A DNA stretch of 64,000 nucleotides from Candidatus Bathyarchaeota archaeon (GCA_963768425.1 CAVYHV010000013.1:39555-103554), one strand, 5' to 3'. Counted from the first letter of the stretch, positions 41,100 through 53,607 are shown. A program made the numbers and translations. Notes: a model not told the origin generated them from the sequence alone.

Positions 41100-44000
41100 A
41101 TGAAAAGTCTGAGAATGAATCGGAAAGGCCAGTTTTCAATTATTGCTTCCCTTTTTGTTGCGGTCATCCTTATCACAAGCGTAATGGTAACATACTCCAC
41201 AATACGTTACAACTCCACGGAAACCAACCCGCAAATTATGAGCGCCGTCGACGAAACCAACCTTTCCCTAAAACAAGTGCTTGGCTTCACAGTTGGTTAC
41301 TATGGCTCTATCCTTCAAGTTACCGGGAACTCTTCTTATGCTTACGACCAATCCGAAAGCTACCTTAACAGTGGCCTAAACAACATAGTTGATGTGAACC
41401 CGGAATGGGGCACCTCTTTTACCGTCACTGACTCTGTCGCTGGGAACAAACTGGTTTACAAATTCAAGTTACAGCCGAGGGAAGTTTGAACGTAACTTAC
41501 GACCTAACAGGGATAGGAGTATACGGCGTCGCCTACTCGATATCATCTGAACTAAGCGTACAAGTTCTACATTCGTCTTCAAACAATCAAGTTTGCTTAA
41601 CAGTTACCCAAGATGGCGATCAACCCGTAGTCAGTTTGGGCACATCAAGCTTCAAATTCTATCAGTATCAAGACTCAAACCTAACGTGGAATATGGTGGA
41701 TCCGCCCTCCTCACCCGTCGGTCTCAAGCGACGGAACATACACGATTGACATTCCAGCCAAAATTAACCCTCAATCCTTCATAATTCAAGTGCAAGATTC
41801 GCGCGGCATAATGGTGGCTGCTTCCTCCTTTAGCCACTACACTGGAACCCTGACTTTTAACAGCACATCGCAAGCGGCGGAAACTATGTAGACCAATACA
41901 ACACGCGTGTTGACGGCGTTTCCGACCAAGGAACTCATAGCAACTTTACAGTGCAACAGATACCGCCAAAAGGCACCTATGACACCTTGACGGAGGCGAA
42001 CATAGCAACAAACCAACAATCTTATCATCCAACTAACTACGGTCTCGTAGGTTCAACAACTCTTGTCTCTGGTTCGCCCAGCAACCTAGTGAGCGATGAT
42101 GGATCTTACATGACATTCGGAAGCTATGCGAGTTCGACAACGTCACAAACACTCTATACTCACCAGTCAACTACCAGCATAGGCGGCTCAAGTTACTATA
42201 CTTATTTAACTTCTGGCGCAACTTCTTCCGGACTAACCTTAAGCGCATCCATGTCAAGTTCCAGTGTTCTACTAGGCAAAGCAGTTTACAGTCTTCAAGG
42301 GATCGCTTCAATACCCGCAAATACTTGGACATTTAACTATAGAGCATGGAGAGACAGCGTTTCAACGGTAACTTACGATGCTGAATCATCAACAACGTCC
42401 AGCGGCAGTTCCTCATTATCTTGGAGTCATACAGTAGGAAATGGCAACAATCGACTTCTGGTTGTCACCATTTCAACGTCAAGAGGCGGCAGTGCATCGG
42501 CTCCCCCAACAGTCTCATCCATAACATATAACAATATAGCAATGACTCTAGGACCAAACAATGCCTATGCTTCTACCACAAATCCCCAGGTCAGGTCGTA
42601 CATTTATTACCTTGTGAATCCACCCATCCGGAAGCCATACTATCCAAGTTTCTCTCTCAGGTACTTCAGGCAGCACTTACGCTGTTGGAGGAGCGGTGTC
42701 ATACTCTAACGTAAACCAATCAAGCCCCATACAAACCCAAAATACCTCCCAAAACTATGGATCAACGCAGTCAGTATCAGTTTCCACGACAAACGTTGGT
42801 CAAGCGGTCTACGCTAGCATAGGAAGCTACTCAGGTTCATCATATACTTTAACTGCGAACAGTGGTCCAAACTCAAGATGGAGCCAAACATCACATAACT
42901 ATAAGGGACAAGGCGAAGACCAGATAAACCCGTCAGTTGGGTCAATCCCATCCAGCTGGCAAACTGGAGCAACAAACGTCGGCTATGTTTGCCTCGCGGT
43001 AGTAATCAACCCAGCCGCAACAGTCGCCGTTGGAAAAATTGATGTAAACATCCTCATAAGGGAAGCCAGCGGTACCGTAAGGCAAACTTTGGCATCCGGG
43101 GTTGCGCTCTCAGGCGCTTTGACAACCTCCGCTTCCACGCTTTCAGCAACATACAACTTTGCTGCTTACACAGTAGCAAGCCAAACAGATTATCTTGAAA
43201 TAGACTATTATGTCAGCGCATCAACCACGGATTCGACTAACGCATATTTGATGATTGATAACAGTGGTCTAACACTTTCACAGCAGACAAGCATCGGTAA
43301 CGTTTTGGTTCCAGCACAATACACTTGCGAAGCGTCACTTTCTGGGACCTCTAACTTGAACAACTGGAACAGCATCATGTGGGAAATAGATGCCGATTCT
43401 ACCGTGGCCAATTCAGCCGCTGTCTTCCAACTTTACAATTACGCATCAAGCCAGTATCCAAGCAGCGGAAACGGGTATTTCACAGCAACTTTAGGAACAA
43501 CAATAACACCGAACAGCCAAACCATCACAGTGAACCCAACTCAGTTTCGAGATTCCATCGGAGACTGGACGATACGGTTTACGGTAACAGCTTCAGCGCC
43601 CTTTAATATTAACGTAGATTCGTCTACCTTTACGAGTGGGGTCGCTACTTACGGACTTAATCTCGAAGAGCAATGGACAAACCTCAACACAACATTGCTT
43701 CTTCATCCTGCACTCTGCATTTACGCAGGCTCCATGGGCTCGAACCAAGTGGCTGTGGATGCTTGGAATGGGGTTTCATGGCAGACTCTCTCAACGGGGC
43801 TCGTAACCGGCTGGAACAACATGTCAATTAATTCCTATCTTAACTTCTGGCTCGACCACTTTCACAATAAAATTCACTAAGACAGGCGACAGCTCACAAA
43901 ACAGCTGGCAGGTCGCTTCCGCGCTAATAAGACCCGAATCAAACCAAGACCTATTTACTTCATTAAGTAACCCAGCTGCGACAGTCGCTGTTGAACTTCT

Positions 44001-45118
44001 GCAGAATGGAACCATGATTTGGCTAGGTCAAAACTTACAGATTACCACACAAGCAATTCCTGTCCCGCCAATACCCGTGAAAGCCCTTCACGTTAACGAA
44101 ACAATAAATGGCAAAAACGAACAAGTGCCCTTCCAAATTGAAGATTGGGCTTCATCCTACACCGTTCCGTTGGGCTTGACAAATAACGCCACAGTCTTCG
44201 GCAACAGACAAATGGTTGTTTTTCTCGTCAACACTCACGTTTCATCCTTTACCTTGTGGTGGAACGGCAGTAGCCAAGCAGTCCAAACTTCCTTAGCCTA
44301 TGCTGATACTAATTTCAAGAGTGACAACCCCAACAGCAACTTCATCAGTAACGGTCAGCTAAACATCCAATTCGGCGGCACCCCATTTACTGCAACATCA
44401 ACCTTAGTTGATAGCGGAACCTCCGACACAGCTACCATCATGCCACAAATAAACACCCAGAGCAGCACTTTCGGTTCAGGAATAGACTACGTGATATACA
44501 ACGGGGTAGTTCGGGACATAGTGCACCAAGAAGCTGAATGGAGTGGCGGAGTAACTAACTGTCCTAATTTTTACGCCAACTGTGTACTTTCCCTGCCTGC
44601 GAATGCCAACTTACTTCACTTACCAACTCAGTCTTATGTTCCTTAGTTCAACGCCGACTCGCACAATAAGTCAGCTATGCCCCCTCTCCTTAACTTCTTC
44701 AATCAGCACGTTGGAGACTGAAAATGGGACCATGCAAGGCGACCCAGTGGTAGCTAGCGGAACCCAGTTGTTCAGCTCCACTCAAACTTGGGTCCATCAT
44801 TGGAGCGAATTCATAAACGGAAACACAGGCGCCGGCATCATGTATACGGACGCGTTTAACCATGGGCTATACGTTTTCGACAGCATATCACCTGCAACGC
44901 CAAGAGGAGCCTTAAGCGCAAACGCCGGAACGGGAACAATCTCGCTGCTTCCAGTAACGGTCAATCCAGTTACGTTCCAAAATGCTTTAGATGTAACATG
45001 GTATGGTGCAGTAGTGACTTTTGACAGTTCTACGCTTCCTATCTACAATGGACCTCAGCCTGGACTTTGGGTGCTGGCTGAATTACCCCCGACCATCGCC
45101 ATAACATGCGGAAACTAA
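41100..45118 (+). CDS. Very large pilin-anchored Ser/Thr-rich adhesin-like protein (several frameshifts)
   Basis: Class III signal NRKG|QFSIIASLFVAVILI; consecutive ORFs 41100, 41486, 41951, 42696, 44014 and 44582. Confidence 0.72.
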
Positions 45119-45212
45119 CCGCTTTTTTTAAATCCTTATTTGGGCTAAGTACTCAAAGTTCATATATCTTAAATCGCAATTGACGTTCTAGCTTTAACCG
45201 AAAGGTGACAAA

Positions 45213-46031
45213 TTGAACTATCAAATGCTCCTAATCGGGTCACAGGTGGTAGTAACCGTTACAATCCTGCTTTACTCGTCATGGAGCGACTACAAAACCC
45301 GAGAAGTAAGCAATTGGGTTTGGGCAATATACGCACCGATAGCAATTGCTCTTAGCGTATCCGATCTTCTGCTTTTTGATCAATCCAAACTTGTCCTTTT
45401 CGGCGTAAGCGTAGGTTTCACTGTAGGCTTAGCGTTTTTGCTTTTCTATTCAGGCGCGTTCGGCGGCGCCGATTCGAAAGCGCTCATGTGTATCGCTTTT
45501 TCCCTGCCTTTTGCACCAGTTGTATTGTTTACGCCCATCATAGCAAACAGCCTGTCGCCTGTCTCCCAAGTTATTTATCCAATGACCATCTTCGGTAATG
45601 GGGTCTTGTTTGCGGCAGCCAGCTGCGTTTACATGATTCTTCGCAATTATGTTTGGCACACGAAAAATAAGAAAGAAATGTTTACAGGTTCACTCGCGCA
45701 TGAGTCACCTTGGAAAAAATTTCTAATCCTGATAACAGGCTACAAAGTGACTATTGCGAAGTTAAAAGAGAAATGGCACATTTTCCCAATGGAAGACGTT
45801 GAAACTGAAGGCGAAAGCGCGCTAAACCGAAAATTGGTAGTTATTCCGAGTGAGGATGGACGAGCCGGAATCGTTGAACGCTTATCTAATGCCGCTCAAG
45901 CTGGAAAAATCGACACTTACGTTTGGGCAACTCCGGGATTACCTATGCTCATATTCATCACAGCGGGTCTAATCTTCGCCCTTATCGGCGGGGACTTAGT
46001 TTGGATGCTAGTTCGATTTATCCTTGCTTGA
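45213..46031 (+). CDS. Prepilin peptidase, A24 family (FlaK/PibD-like)
   Basis: SDYKTREV, GGADSKAL catalytic Asp motif, VWATPGLPM. Confidence 0.92.
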   Translation: MNYQMLLIGSQVVVTVTILLYSSWSDYKTREVSNWVWAIYAPIAIALSVSDLLLFDQSKLVLFGVSVGFTVGLAFLLFYSGAFGGADSKALMCIAFSLPFAPVVLFTPIIANSLSPVSQVIYPMTIFGNGVLFAAASCVYMILRNYVWHTKNKKEMFTGSLAHESPWKKFLILITGYKVTIAKLKEKWHIFPMEDVETEGESALNRKLVVIPSEDGRAGIVERLSNAAQAGKIDTYVWATPGLPMLIFITAGLIFALIGGDLVWMLVRFILA

Positions 46032-46265
46032 AAAATCAAGAGTTTCAATGTAAATACTCTTGCCGCGTTTTGAATAAGACACAAAAGCAATCAAAGTGAG
46101 AACAGAACCGAAAGCAACCAACCCGAGGCTGTAGCCCTGATAGGGGTAAGACCCCCAGTTTAACGTCACGCTTGAGTTACCAGTTTGGTATGAATAAAAG
46201 AAAGCGCTAACCACGAACAATAAAAGCGCAAGCGACAGAAGACAAACTTCCGTTTTGAACTTCAA
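46008..46265 (-). CDS. Small two-TM protein
   Basis: Two hydrophobic helices flanking YPYQGY. Confidence 0.65.
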   Translation of the reverse strand: MKFKTEVCLLSLALLLFVVSAFFYSYQTGNSSVTLNWGSYPYQGYSLGLVAFGSVLTLIAFVSYSKRGKSIYIETLDFSSKDKSN

Positions 46266-46329
46266 ATACCTTTACCCCAATCTCCTTTTCACTAGACAAC
46301 CTTTTATTGGATAGGCTGTTTTAAGCTTT

Positions 46330-47463
46330 TTGGAAATACCGCTTAGGAGCAGCCTCATGTCCATAGTGGAATGCAAAAAAGAACTGGAAAACCTCGTAAA
46401 GCAGCAACCAAAAGAATGCAAGGTCACGGTTCTTCCTGATTTCTTCTTGGACCGCCTTATCAATCTGGATTGGAATCCAAAGCAATTTTCGCGGTTAATC
46501 GAGGACGTTGCAAAACACAAAGGCGGCAGCATAGATCGTATCCCTCAAGCCGACATGCAGGGTGGAAACGCAATTAACGTAGCATCAGCCCTGGCAAACC
46601 TGGGCGCCAAGGTCACGCCGATTGTGTGCACCAGCGAATGGGGACTGCAGCTGATAAAATACTTTTTCAGGAACACGGAAGTTGACACTTCACACGTTAA
46701 GGTATTGGGAAAAGCGTCTATAACGACTGCGTTGGAGTTCAAGAACAAAGACACAAAAACAAATGTTATGATACGCGACTTAGGCGCTTTAGAAAATTTC
46801 GGACCAGACAACCTCAATGAAGAAGATTACGCTGTAATCGAAGATGCGGACTACACATGCCTTTTCAATTGGGCTGGTACACTGCTAAATGGAACACAGC
46901 TTGCCCAAACAGTATTCAGCCGAACCAAAAAACGGGGAAAAGGAAAAACTTACTATGACACCGCCGACCCGACGCCAAACCTTGCTGCCGTCCCTGACTT
47001 AATCAAGAAAATCTTTCAACCCAACTTAATCGACGTTTTAAGCCTGAATGAGAATGAAGCCATCGTGTATGCCAGACTGTTTGACGGCGCTTTTGTGGAC
47101 AAAAAGGAAAGTTTGCCCTTTGAAGAGTTGGCGATGGAGGCCGCAAGGGTTTTGGCTAAGCATCTGAAGGCGAGAATTGATTTGCACACTACAGCTTTTG
47201 CGGCTACTTTGAAGGGGAAAACGGAGGTTGTTGCGCCCACTTTCAAGGTCAAGGTTCTGCGGGCAACGGGCGCTGGCGATGCTTGGACAGCTGGCAATAT
47301 TGTAGGCGACCGCAACGGTCTTTCAGATATGTGCCGGTTGACGTTGGCGAATGCAGTTGCAGCCTGCTACCTGTCAGATCCCGAAGGCAAACATCCAACT
47401 TGGGAAAAAGTTGGGTCTCTCCTCAAAACATCATCTCTCCGGGATCTTTCAGTAAGTTCATAG
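46330..47463 (+). CDS. PfkB-family carbohydrate kinase
   Basis: QGGNAINVA, LSLNENEA, ATGAGDAW. Confidence 0.9.
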   Translation: MEIPLRSSLMSIVECKKELENLVKQQPKECKVTVLPDFFLDRLINLDWNPKQFSRLIEDVAKHKGGSIDRIPQADMQGGNAINVASALANLGAKVTPIVCTSEWGLQLIKYFFRNTEVDTSHVKVLGKASITTALEFKNKDTKTNVMIRDLGALENFGPDNLNEEDYAVIEDADYTCLFNWAGTLLNGTQLAQTVFSRTKKRGKGKTYYDTADPTPNLAAVPDLIKKIFQPNLIDVLSLNENEAIVYARLFDGAFVDKKESLPFEELAMEAARVLAKHLKARIDLHTTAFAATLKGKTEVVAPTFKVKVLRATGAGDAWTAGNIVGDRNGLSDMCRLTLANAVAACYLSDPEGKHPTWEKVGSLLKTSSLRDLSVSS

Positions 47464-47641
47464 ATGTTTTGGGATGTTTCTGGAGACCAATCGCATTAAA
47501 TTCAAGTCCGATTTCAAGAAAGCAATCCAAGAACAAAGAAAAAGTTCGCAGGTTTTTTCAGCGCACCAAAAGAGATCCTCTTAAGGTTGGAAACCAGCTG
47601 AAAGCAACTGTGTCATCGATGTGTTGGGTTGGTCTTTGGTT

Positions 47642-48280
47642 TTAGTCTATGAGCAGCAGGGCGAAGGATTCTGGGTTCTTCGTAAACGGAAAGTGACATT
47701 CGATTCCGGCGTTAGCCGCAGTTTTCTTCACGTTTACTCCAACGGCGTCTTCTGACCAACGCGCCAACTCGGGGTGCACACAAATCCTCGTTTGAGTGTT
47801 GCATTTGTCGCAGAGCTGACAGGTTCCTGAAACGAAAGAGACAGCCAAGCTGTAGCCTTCTTTCATTGCTGCCTTCTCCAAATCAACAACTGCCTGCAGC
47901 ATCTTTTTCTTGTCTTCTTTCCAGTCAGCCCAAAACTTCGCCGCCCTCTCCTTAACTTCCTTCGGCACAGACGGGTCTGATTCTGCAACATTAAGGTTTT
48001 TCATCAATTCTGCATCCGAGGTGGCTTTTGACTTGAACTTCATAAACATTGCGTATTTGTACTCGCCAACGATTTTTCTGAACTCCTCAGCCGACGGCGT
48101 GTAAGGTGGACAAGCTAAGGTTTTTCCGTAGTTTGTGCAGCCGATTTTGCATTTTAGAACCACGCGGTCTTCAACGACAACTTTCTTGGTTGAAATGACT
48201 TTGGCGTCGGCAGCACCTTTCTCTAAAGCTAGTTTGGACAGAAACTTGAATTTCTCTTTCGCCTTTTTGGGCGACATCAT
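47642..48280 (-). CDS. DUF2284-like metal-binding protein
   Basis: KC..GC.NYGK.LACPP, GTCQLCDKC...C.HP..AR.S.DAVGVNV. Confidence 0.85.
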   Translation of the reverse strand: MMSPKKAKEKFKFLSKLALEKGAADAKVISTKKVVVEDRVVLKCKIGCTNYGKTLACPPYTPSAEEFRKIVGEYKYAMFMKFKSKATSDAELMKNLNVAESDPSVPKEVKERAAKFWADWKEDKKKMLQAVVDLEKAAMKEGYSLAVSFVSGTCQLCDKCNTQTRICVHPELARWSEDAVGVNVKKTAANAGIECHFPFTKNPESFALLLID

Positions 48281-48387
48281 TTTTCACTTGGTTCTTTGGC
48301 TGAATGCTTCTTTTGATATAAACGTTTAGCGAAGCTAATAAGAAAACGTCGTCCAAGAACTGCGTGAGGTAACTTTGTGTGTAGTGC

Positions 48388-49624
48388 TTGGTTTTTTTAC
48401 ATGCTAGTGAGCGCAAGGATAATATACTGAATCGTCAAATCATGTTTTTGCACTGGGGGGTTGTTGGTATCAAAAGCAAAATCAGCAGCATCGGGTACAT
48501 CAACAAAATCCAAGAAAACATCCTAAGTATCAAGCACAGAGAACTTTCACCCCTCTTTAACGAGTTAAAAGCTGCTGACTGCGTTATCTGCGGAGGATCA
48601 GGCAGGTCACTTTACTCGCTCAATGCTGCTTTAAGTCAAATCGCGCTAAGTCAAGCAGGCTGGCGAAACAAGGTAGTTTTAACCCCTGATGATCCAGGGT
48701 TCCCGGGCAAAAGCATGTACGACGCTGCAGCTGACTTGGCGAGGCGCTACAAGAAAACGTTGCTTCTCATTAACAGTGGCAGCGGCTACTCTGACGATCC
48801 TTTGGTGATGGCTCAGGATTTAGCCCAATACATAGAAGAGAAGAAAACAAACAAGTTCTCCATGGGTCTATTCACATCTGCCCCTGACTCGCCCTTGGGT
48901 GATATAGTCGGCAAATATGGTAACGTCGTTGAGCTTAAGGGCCGCGGCAAATCGAAACCAGGCACCGAGTACAGCGAAACAGGCATGATGGGCGACATAT
49001 TCGAACTCGGCACCCTTGAACTTCTCAACAGCATGGTTGAAGCGGTCTTTCGAAACCTTGAAGTTTCAGATGTTTTCCAACTTTGCGTTGACGAACTTGA
49101 AAAAATCGGCGACATCATCGATTCAAACGTTAACTCAGAAACGTACACGCAGCTCGTCGACTTGCTTGAAAAACGAACAAACGTTTTCCTCGGCGGAAAA
49201 GGCACAGCTAACGAAATCGCCAAAATGACTGGCGTCAGACTTTTCCACATCAAAAGCTTCCTAGGCGACAACGTTTACATCACCAGAGGCGTGAATACTC
49301 CTCATCCGAGGGCAGGCGACCTTGAAATACTAATTTCTTACTCAGGCGAAACAAGACCAGTAATCATATGGGCTGACGTCATCAAAAAATTCGCTGGAAC
49401 AGTCTTCGCGATAACAAGCGCCAAAGACTCAACGCTTGGCAAAGAAGGCAGACCTTAGAGTTGTCCTTCCTGAAGAAGTCAAGCCGCTTACCCCAAGACG
49501 CTTCTACACACGGGCAGCCTTCGCTTTAAGCCCAGTGCCAGTTAAGCTTGCTGAACGGCTCGGTCAAAGAGGCCTAAACCTTCCCGAATACATCATCAGC
49601 TGGTACCATTCAGTAACCCAATGA
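48388..49624 (+). CDS. Tandem SIS-domain sugar-phosphate isomerase-like protein (frameshift near 49440)
   Basis: GSGRS, INSGSG, second domain GDLEILISYSGET, AITS..DSTL. Confidence 0.8.
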
Positions 49625-49821
49625 CTAAGCTAATCCTTGCTTTTCTTACACCATTGTTTTTCCTAAGATTTTTGTAACAAAGTAGCCAGTGCTTCCTATG
49701 GGTAGTTCTTTCGAGAATGCAACAAATTGTCACATTTCATAATGTTAAGTTATTTGACACCTTGAAGGGTACCCCCTCCCATTCTCTTGTGTGTACAAGC
49801 CGACCGGTCGGTCAAATGTAT

Positions 49822-49855
49822 ATACACTTTGTTGATACACTTTGTTGATACACTT
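49822..49855. repeat. Tandem 13-bp repeat ATACACTTTGTTG, about 2.6 copies
   Basis: Direct reading. Confidence 0.85.
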
Positions 49856-50037
49856 GAGAAGAGCGTTGCCCAGCATAGTGTCATTTCGCTTTGACCTGCT
49901 ATTTTAGGTCGGTTCCAGGATTAATTCTATGACAAAAGAATTGAAAGAAGTTTTTCTTGAATTGAACTGGGTAATCTTCGCTTGTAACGCAGCCTATTAA
50001 ATCAGTCAACCTTCTACTTTGAGCCATAAAAAAAGAA

Positions 50038-51167
50038 TTATGGTGGATTGCTGCCTTCCTGCAACCAGAACAACTTTCTTCTAAACGCCAACACCACGAT
50101 AAACAATGCAACCGCTATGGACGCGGCAGCTACCAACGAAATCTCCGAAGACGTGCTCTTGGTACTCTGAGAAGAGACCGCCAGTCCCGCTCTTGAAATG
50201 GCCGTACTCGAATTCGCATCAGTTGTCTAATTAGATGATGTTTGATTCGCGTTTTGAGTTAACGTAGGAATCATGCGCGGGAAGCGGTCGATTATCGTTG
50301 GGTCGATTCGGATTAGGTAGGATGTGTCGCCGACGCTTGAGTTGCCGATTTGGGTGGCGTTCGGGTACTTTGCCGTATAGTCGCTCCAATAGTTCCCGCT
50401 GAGCCGTTATCCCATGGAGGGAGCGTTCCTGGGTCTGTTGGTCCCAATGCATCTGAGTTGGTCGAGACGATTGTCGTGTTCAAGTTGATAATAAAATTGT
50501 TGTCGTAAATTAGATAGCTGAAGTCTTCATATGTGCCGAGGGTGAAGCAGATCCCGTTTTCTGTAAAGTTATTCTTTATCACTGTGGTCTTCAGAGTCGG
50601 GAAAATCATTATGCCACAGTAGTTGTAAGCGATCAGGTTTTGCGAGACAAGGTTGCCACTGCCTTTTATGTACACGCCGTAGATGTTGTCCGAAAGGCAA
50701 TTGCCGCTGACGATGTAGTTATCAGCGTATATTGCGATGGCGTTCTCAGTTCTGCTAATGTTGTTGTCCGCAACTGCGTTTCCATCGTAAGCTCCAGCTA
50801 CTCCCGTTTCCCAACCTGAGATCACAAAATCCTGAACGGTCACGTTGCTACAGGTTAAATCTATCGCAGCCGTGTCTTCCAACCCTGCAACTCCCGGTGT
50901 TCCCCAGCCGTCTGCACCCTGAAGAGAGAAACCTTCACCGTCAAGCACAATGTTGCAGCACAACACTGTAATAGGTGAATCTTGGATGTTTCCCATAAAT
51001 CTGTAAACGTTTCCTTGATGCTGAATCAAACTGGTTCCCGAAACCGAGCCGTCCGCGTTAATGACTATGGCTCCGGCGGACTGAGCTCTAACTCCAAAGC
51101 TGGTTAAGTTTAGAATAGACAGGCAAAGCAAAACACAAATAATCGTTAACTTCCGGTTCGTTTTCAT
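50038..51167 (-). CDS. NosD-type beta-helix surface protein (frameshifted C-terminus with TM anchor)
   Basis: MKTNRKLTII signal, VINADGSV, IYDNNF, WDNGS.GNYW, NDNRPL, LVAAASIAVALFIVVLAFRRK. Confidence 0.8.
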
Positions 51168-51280
51168 TCCAGATTCAGGCCTTGTATGTCTAAGGAAGCA
51201 ACACCCATCTTTTAGCTCTCCCAAAGGAACAAACTGTTCTCTCAAAAGAACAGTCAAAAAACGATGAAATCGCGCTAATG

Positions 51281-52699
51281 TTAGTTCAGCCAGAGCGGTC
51301 TGCCCGAGAGAAATTCGGTCAAAAACACTGCAAAATCGACGTTCTCAGAGTACACTCCACCTATTTCGCCGTTAACCATAACCCTGAGTTTCTTTCGAAT
51401 CGATTCAGCAATCAGGTCAGCCACGCCAGCGTTCTTGCCTCCATTCAGCAAGCTTGTCCAATAAAAGAGCGACGATGTCGGTTGTTTTGCGAGGCAACAA
51501 TACCACCCAGCGCCCATCCTCTACTGTGGGGCCTGAAATAACTTGCTCGTTTACGGTGTACTTCGCCAAAAAAGATTCACATTCGGGTTCCCGTTCAAGC
51601 GGTGGACCCAGGTGCTTTTTGATGTTCGGAAGAACTTGCTGCTCCAGCTCGAAAACGAAGACGCTGAGGCTTTTTTCGTTGCTCCAAACGGATTCCTTGA
51701 TGATTTTGTAGTCGCTTAGCTCTATTAGCTTATGCAGTGAACGCTTTGTTCTGTAGAGTTGACCCCAGAGAACATCGGGGACAGCGGGGACTTGATCAAT
51801 CACAAGAAATAACGTGGATGACCCGCGGCTTTCAATCTCCGATTTTAGACGTTCAAGCGGCAAGGCTGCGGTTTTAGACGGGAAAAAGAAAGCGTTGCTT
51901 GGTGTTTCGCAAGAATGCCCTAGAAGCAGCCATGAAATCATATAGCTTAACAGGTTGAACTGCGGAAGCGACATTTCTTCCTTTGTCCACTGGGTCAACA
52001 ATCACCATCGGTTCTGGGAAAAGCAGAGATACCTCATGTTGCCTCCCAGCGTAATAATTTTCGATGTCGATTACTAACCGTCTATTATAGTGTGCAAAAG
52101 CTTCCAAGGTCTGCGCGAATGACCCATATTTCATTACCAGCAGCTCGCAAAGATAGCCACTGAAACCGCCGACCTTTATTTCAGCTCCGTAGACGCCTGT
52201 TCCTTGCATGAACCTTTTCAGAAGCCTTACTTCGCTGCGCATCTCTGCAGTAAAATGTTTCTTTATGTAGTCGGTATGGTAAGGTGTTCTGTCTGTTGCG
52301 CTTTGCCATTCGCCTGGCTTAGCATCATAGCATGGGACGATGTCTACACGGTATCCTTGAACGAATACTTCAAGGTAGGGATGCTCGGCGAAACGTTCAA
52401 TCTGCTCATATTTGCCCGCTGCTTTTTTGGCTATTCTTAAACCTACTTCTCCCAAGGTCTTTCCTCTGGATTGAGGTTGGCAGCCGCATGAAAATGTCTA
52501 TGTCTGGGTTTTCTCGAAGCCACGTGTCTTTGGCAACCGAACCTTCAACTCGTACAATCGCCTCAATCCCCTCTTCCTTGCAAGCGGAAGCTACTTTCAG
52601 CTCTAGCTCTCGGGTTATAGCATCCACTTTGGCTTTGTCACTCTTTTGTGGCGTGATTTGCTGCAGAACTTGCTTGGTAACGGCTTCAATTTTCTGCAT
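51281..52699 (-). CDS. cca: Archaeal CCA-adding enzyme (frameshifted into four ORFs)
   Basis: EGSVAKDTWL...DIDIF, AEHPY, DIVPCY, ATDRTPYHT, GFSGYLCELL, DPVD..RNVA. Confidence 0.93.
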
Positions 52700-52704
52700 T
52701 GCGG

Positions 52705-53286
52705 TTATTTTTGCTCCTGTGCTGGGCAGTATTCTCTTAGTGTCGAGTAAGTTGGACCTTTAGGCGAAAGCTGACTTCGCTTGAGGCGAAGGCAATCGGC
52801 TTTTATTATGCCAAACTCGTAGTCAGCTTTCTTTGTCACCGATTCAGCTAGGTTCTGCTTGTTTACGCCTGACCTTACCCGCGCGATAGTTAAATGAGGA
52901 CTAAATCCGTAAGCGTCTGCCGCAAACCCCAGGGCGCGAATCTGAGGTTCCAGTTGCGTGAAAATGTTTTTGAGTTGTTCCACTCCGTCAGTCATTCCTG
53001 CCCAAACAACACGGGGATAGTTGAGGCTGGGAAAAACGCCTAGACCGCAGAGCTTAATGGTGAAAGGCGTAAACTTTACGTTCTTCATTGCTTCATAAAC
53101 TTTGTCAACCATGCTTGGGCTGATGTCGCCTAAAAACCTGGTCGTGATATGGATGTTTTGAGGGGCTACCGGTTTCAAATCTGCGCCTGTTTCAGTCAGA
53201 AGTTTCTGTGCGGCAGCAAGCCTGTTGAGTACTTGTTCGTTTTGCATATCAAACGCAATGAAGCTTCTGATCTGTTCAGACATCAC
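52705..53286 (-). CDS. thpR: RNA 2',3'-cyclic phosphodiesterase (2'-5' RNA ligase family)
   Basis: Two HxT motifs, HITTRFLG and PHLTIARV; next to cca. Confidence 0.93.
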   Translation of the reverse strand: MMSEQIRSFIAFDMQNEQVLNRLAAAQKLLTETGADLKPVAPQNIHITTRFLGDISPSMVDKVYEAMKNVKFTPFTIKLCGLGVFPSLNYPRVVWAGMTDGVEQLKNIFTQLEPQIRALGFAADAYGFSPHLTIARVRSGVNKQNLAESVTKKADYEFGIIKADCLRLKRSQLSPKGPTYSTLREYCPAQEQK

Positions 53287-53607
53287 TTGTCCCTTCAGGT
53301 ATTTTTAACGCATAACTTTCATAAATGCTTTCTAATCGCAGCTTTTTGGCGAGTATTTGGTTTTCTTTTTCTTTCTTTTCGCGTCGTCTGAATTCTCTTC
53401 TTTCTTCACTATTCCTATGGCTTCCACTTGTAAAAGCATAGTTTAATGAAAAATCCTCCTGTCCACTTCTTGCACAATGTTACGCTGAAACATATTCGAA
53501 GTTTTATTTGGAAATATATAGTAGGATGGAATTTAGTCAACCGGTTTTTGCTTTATGGATAGTTTTTAATTGAAGTTAATGTTATAGAACCAAAAAAGGG
53601 TTAAGTT

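Noticed and set aside
33722-46031. Archaellum operon
   Set aside because: No archaellin, FlaH or chemotaxis genes recognised
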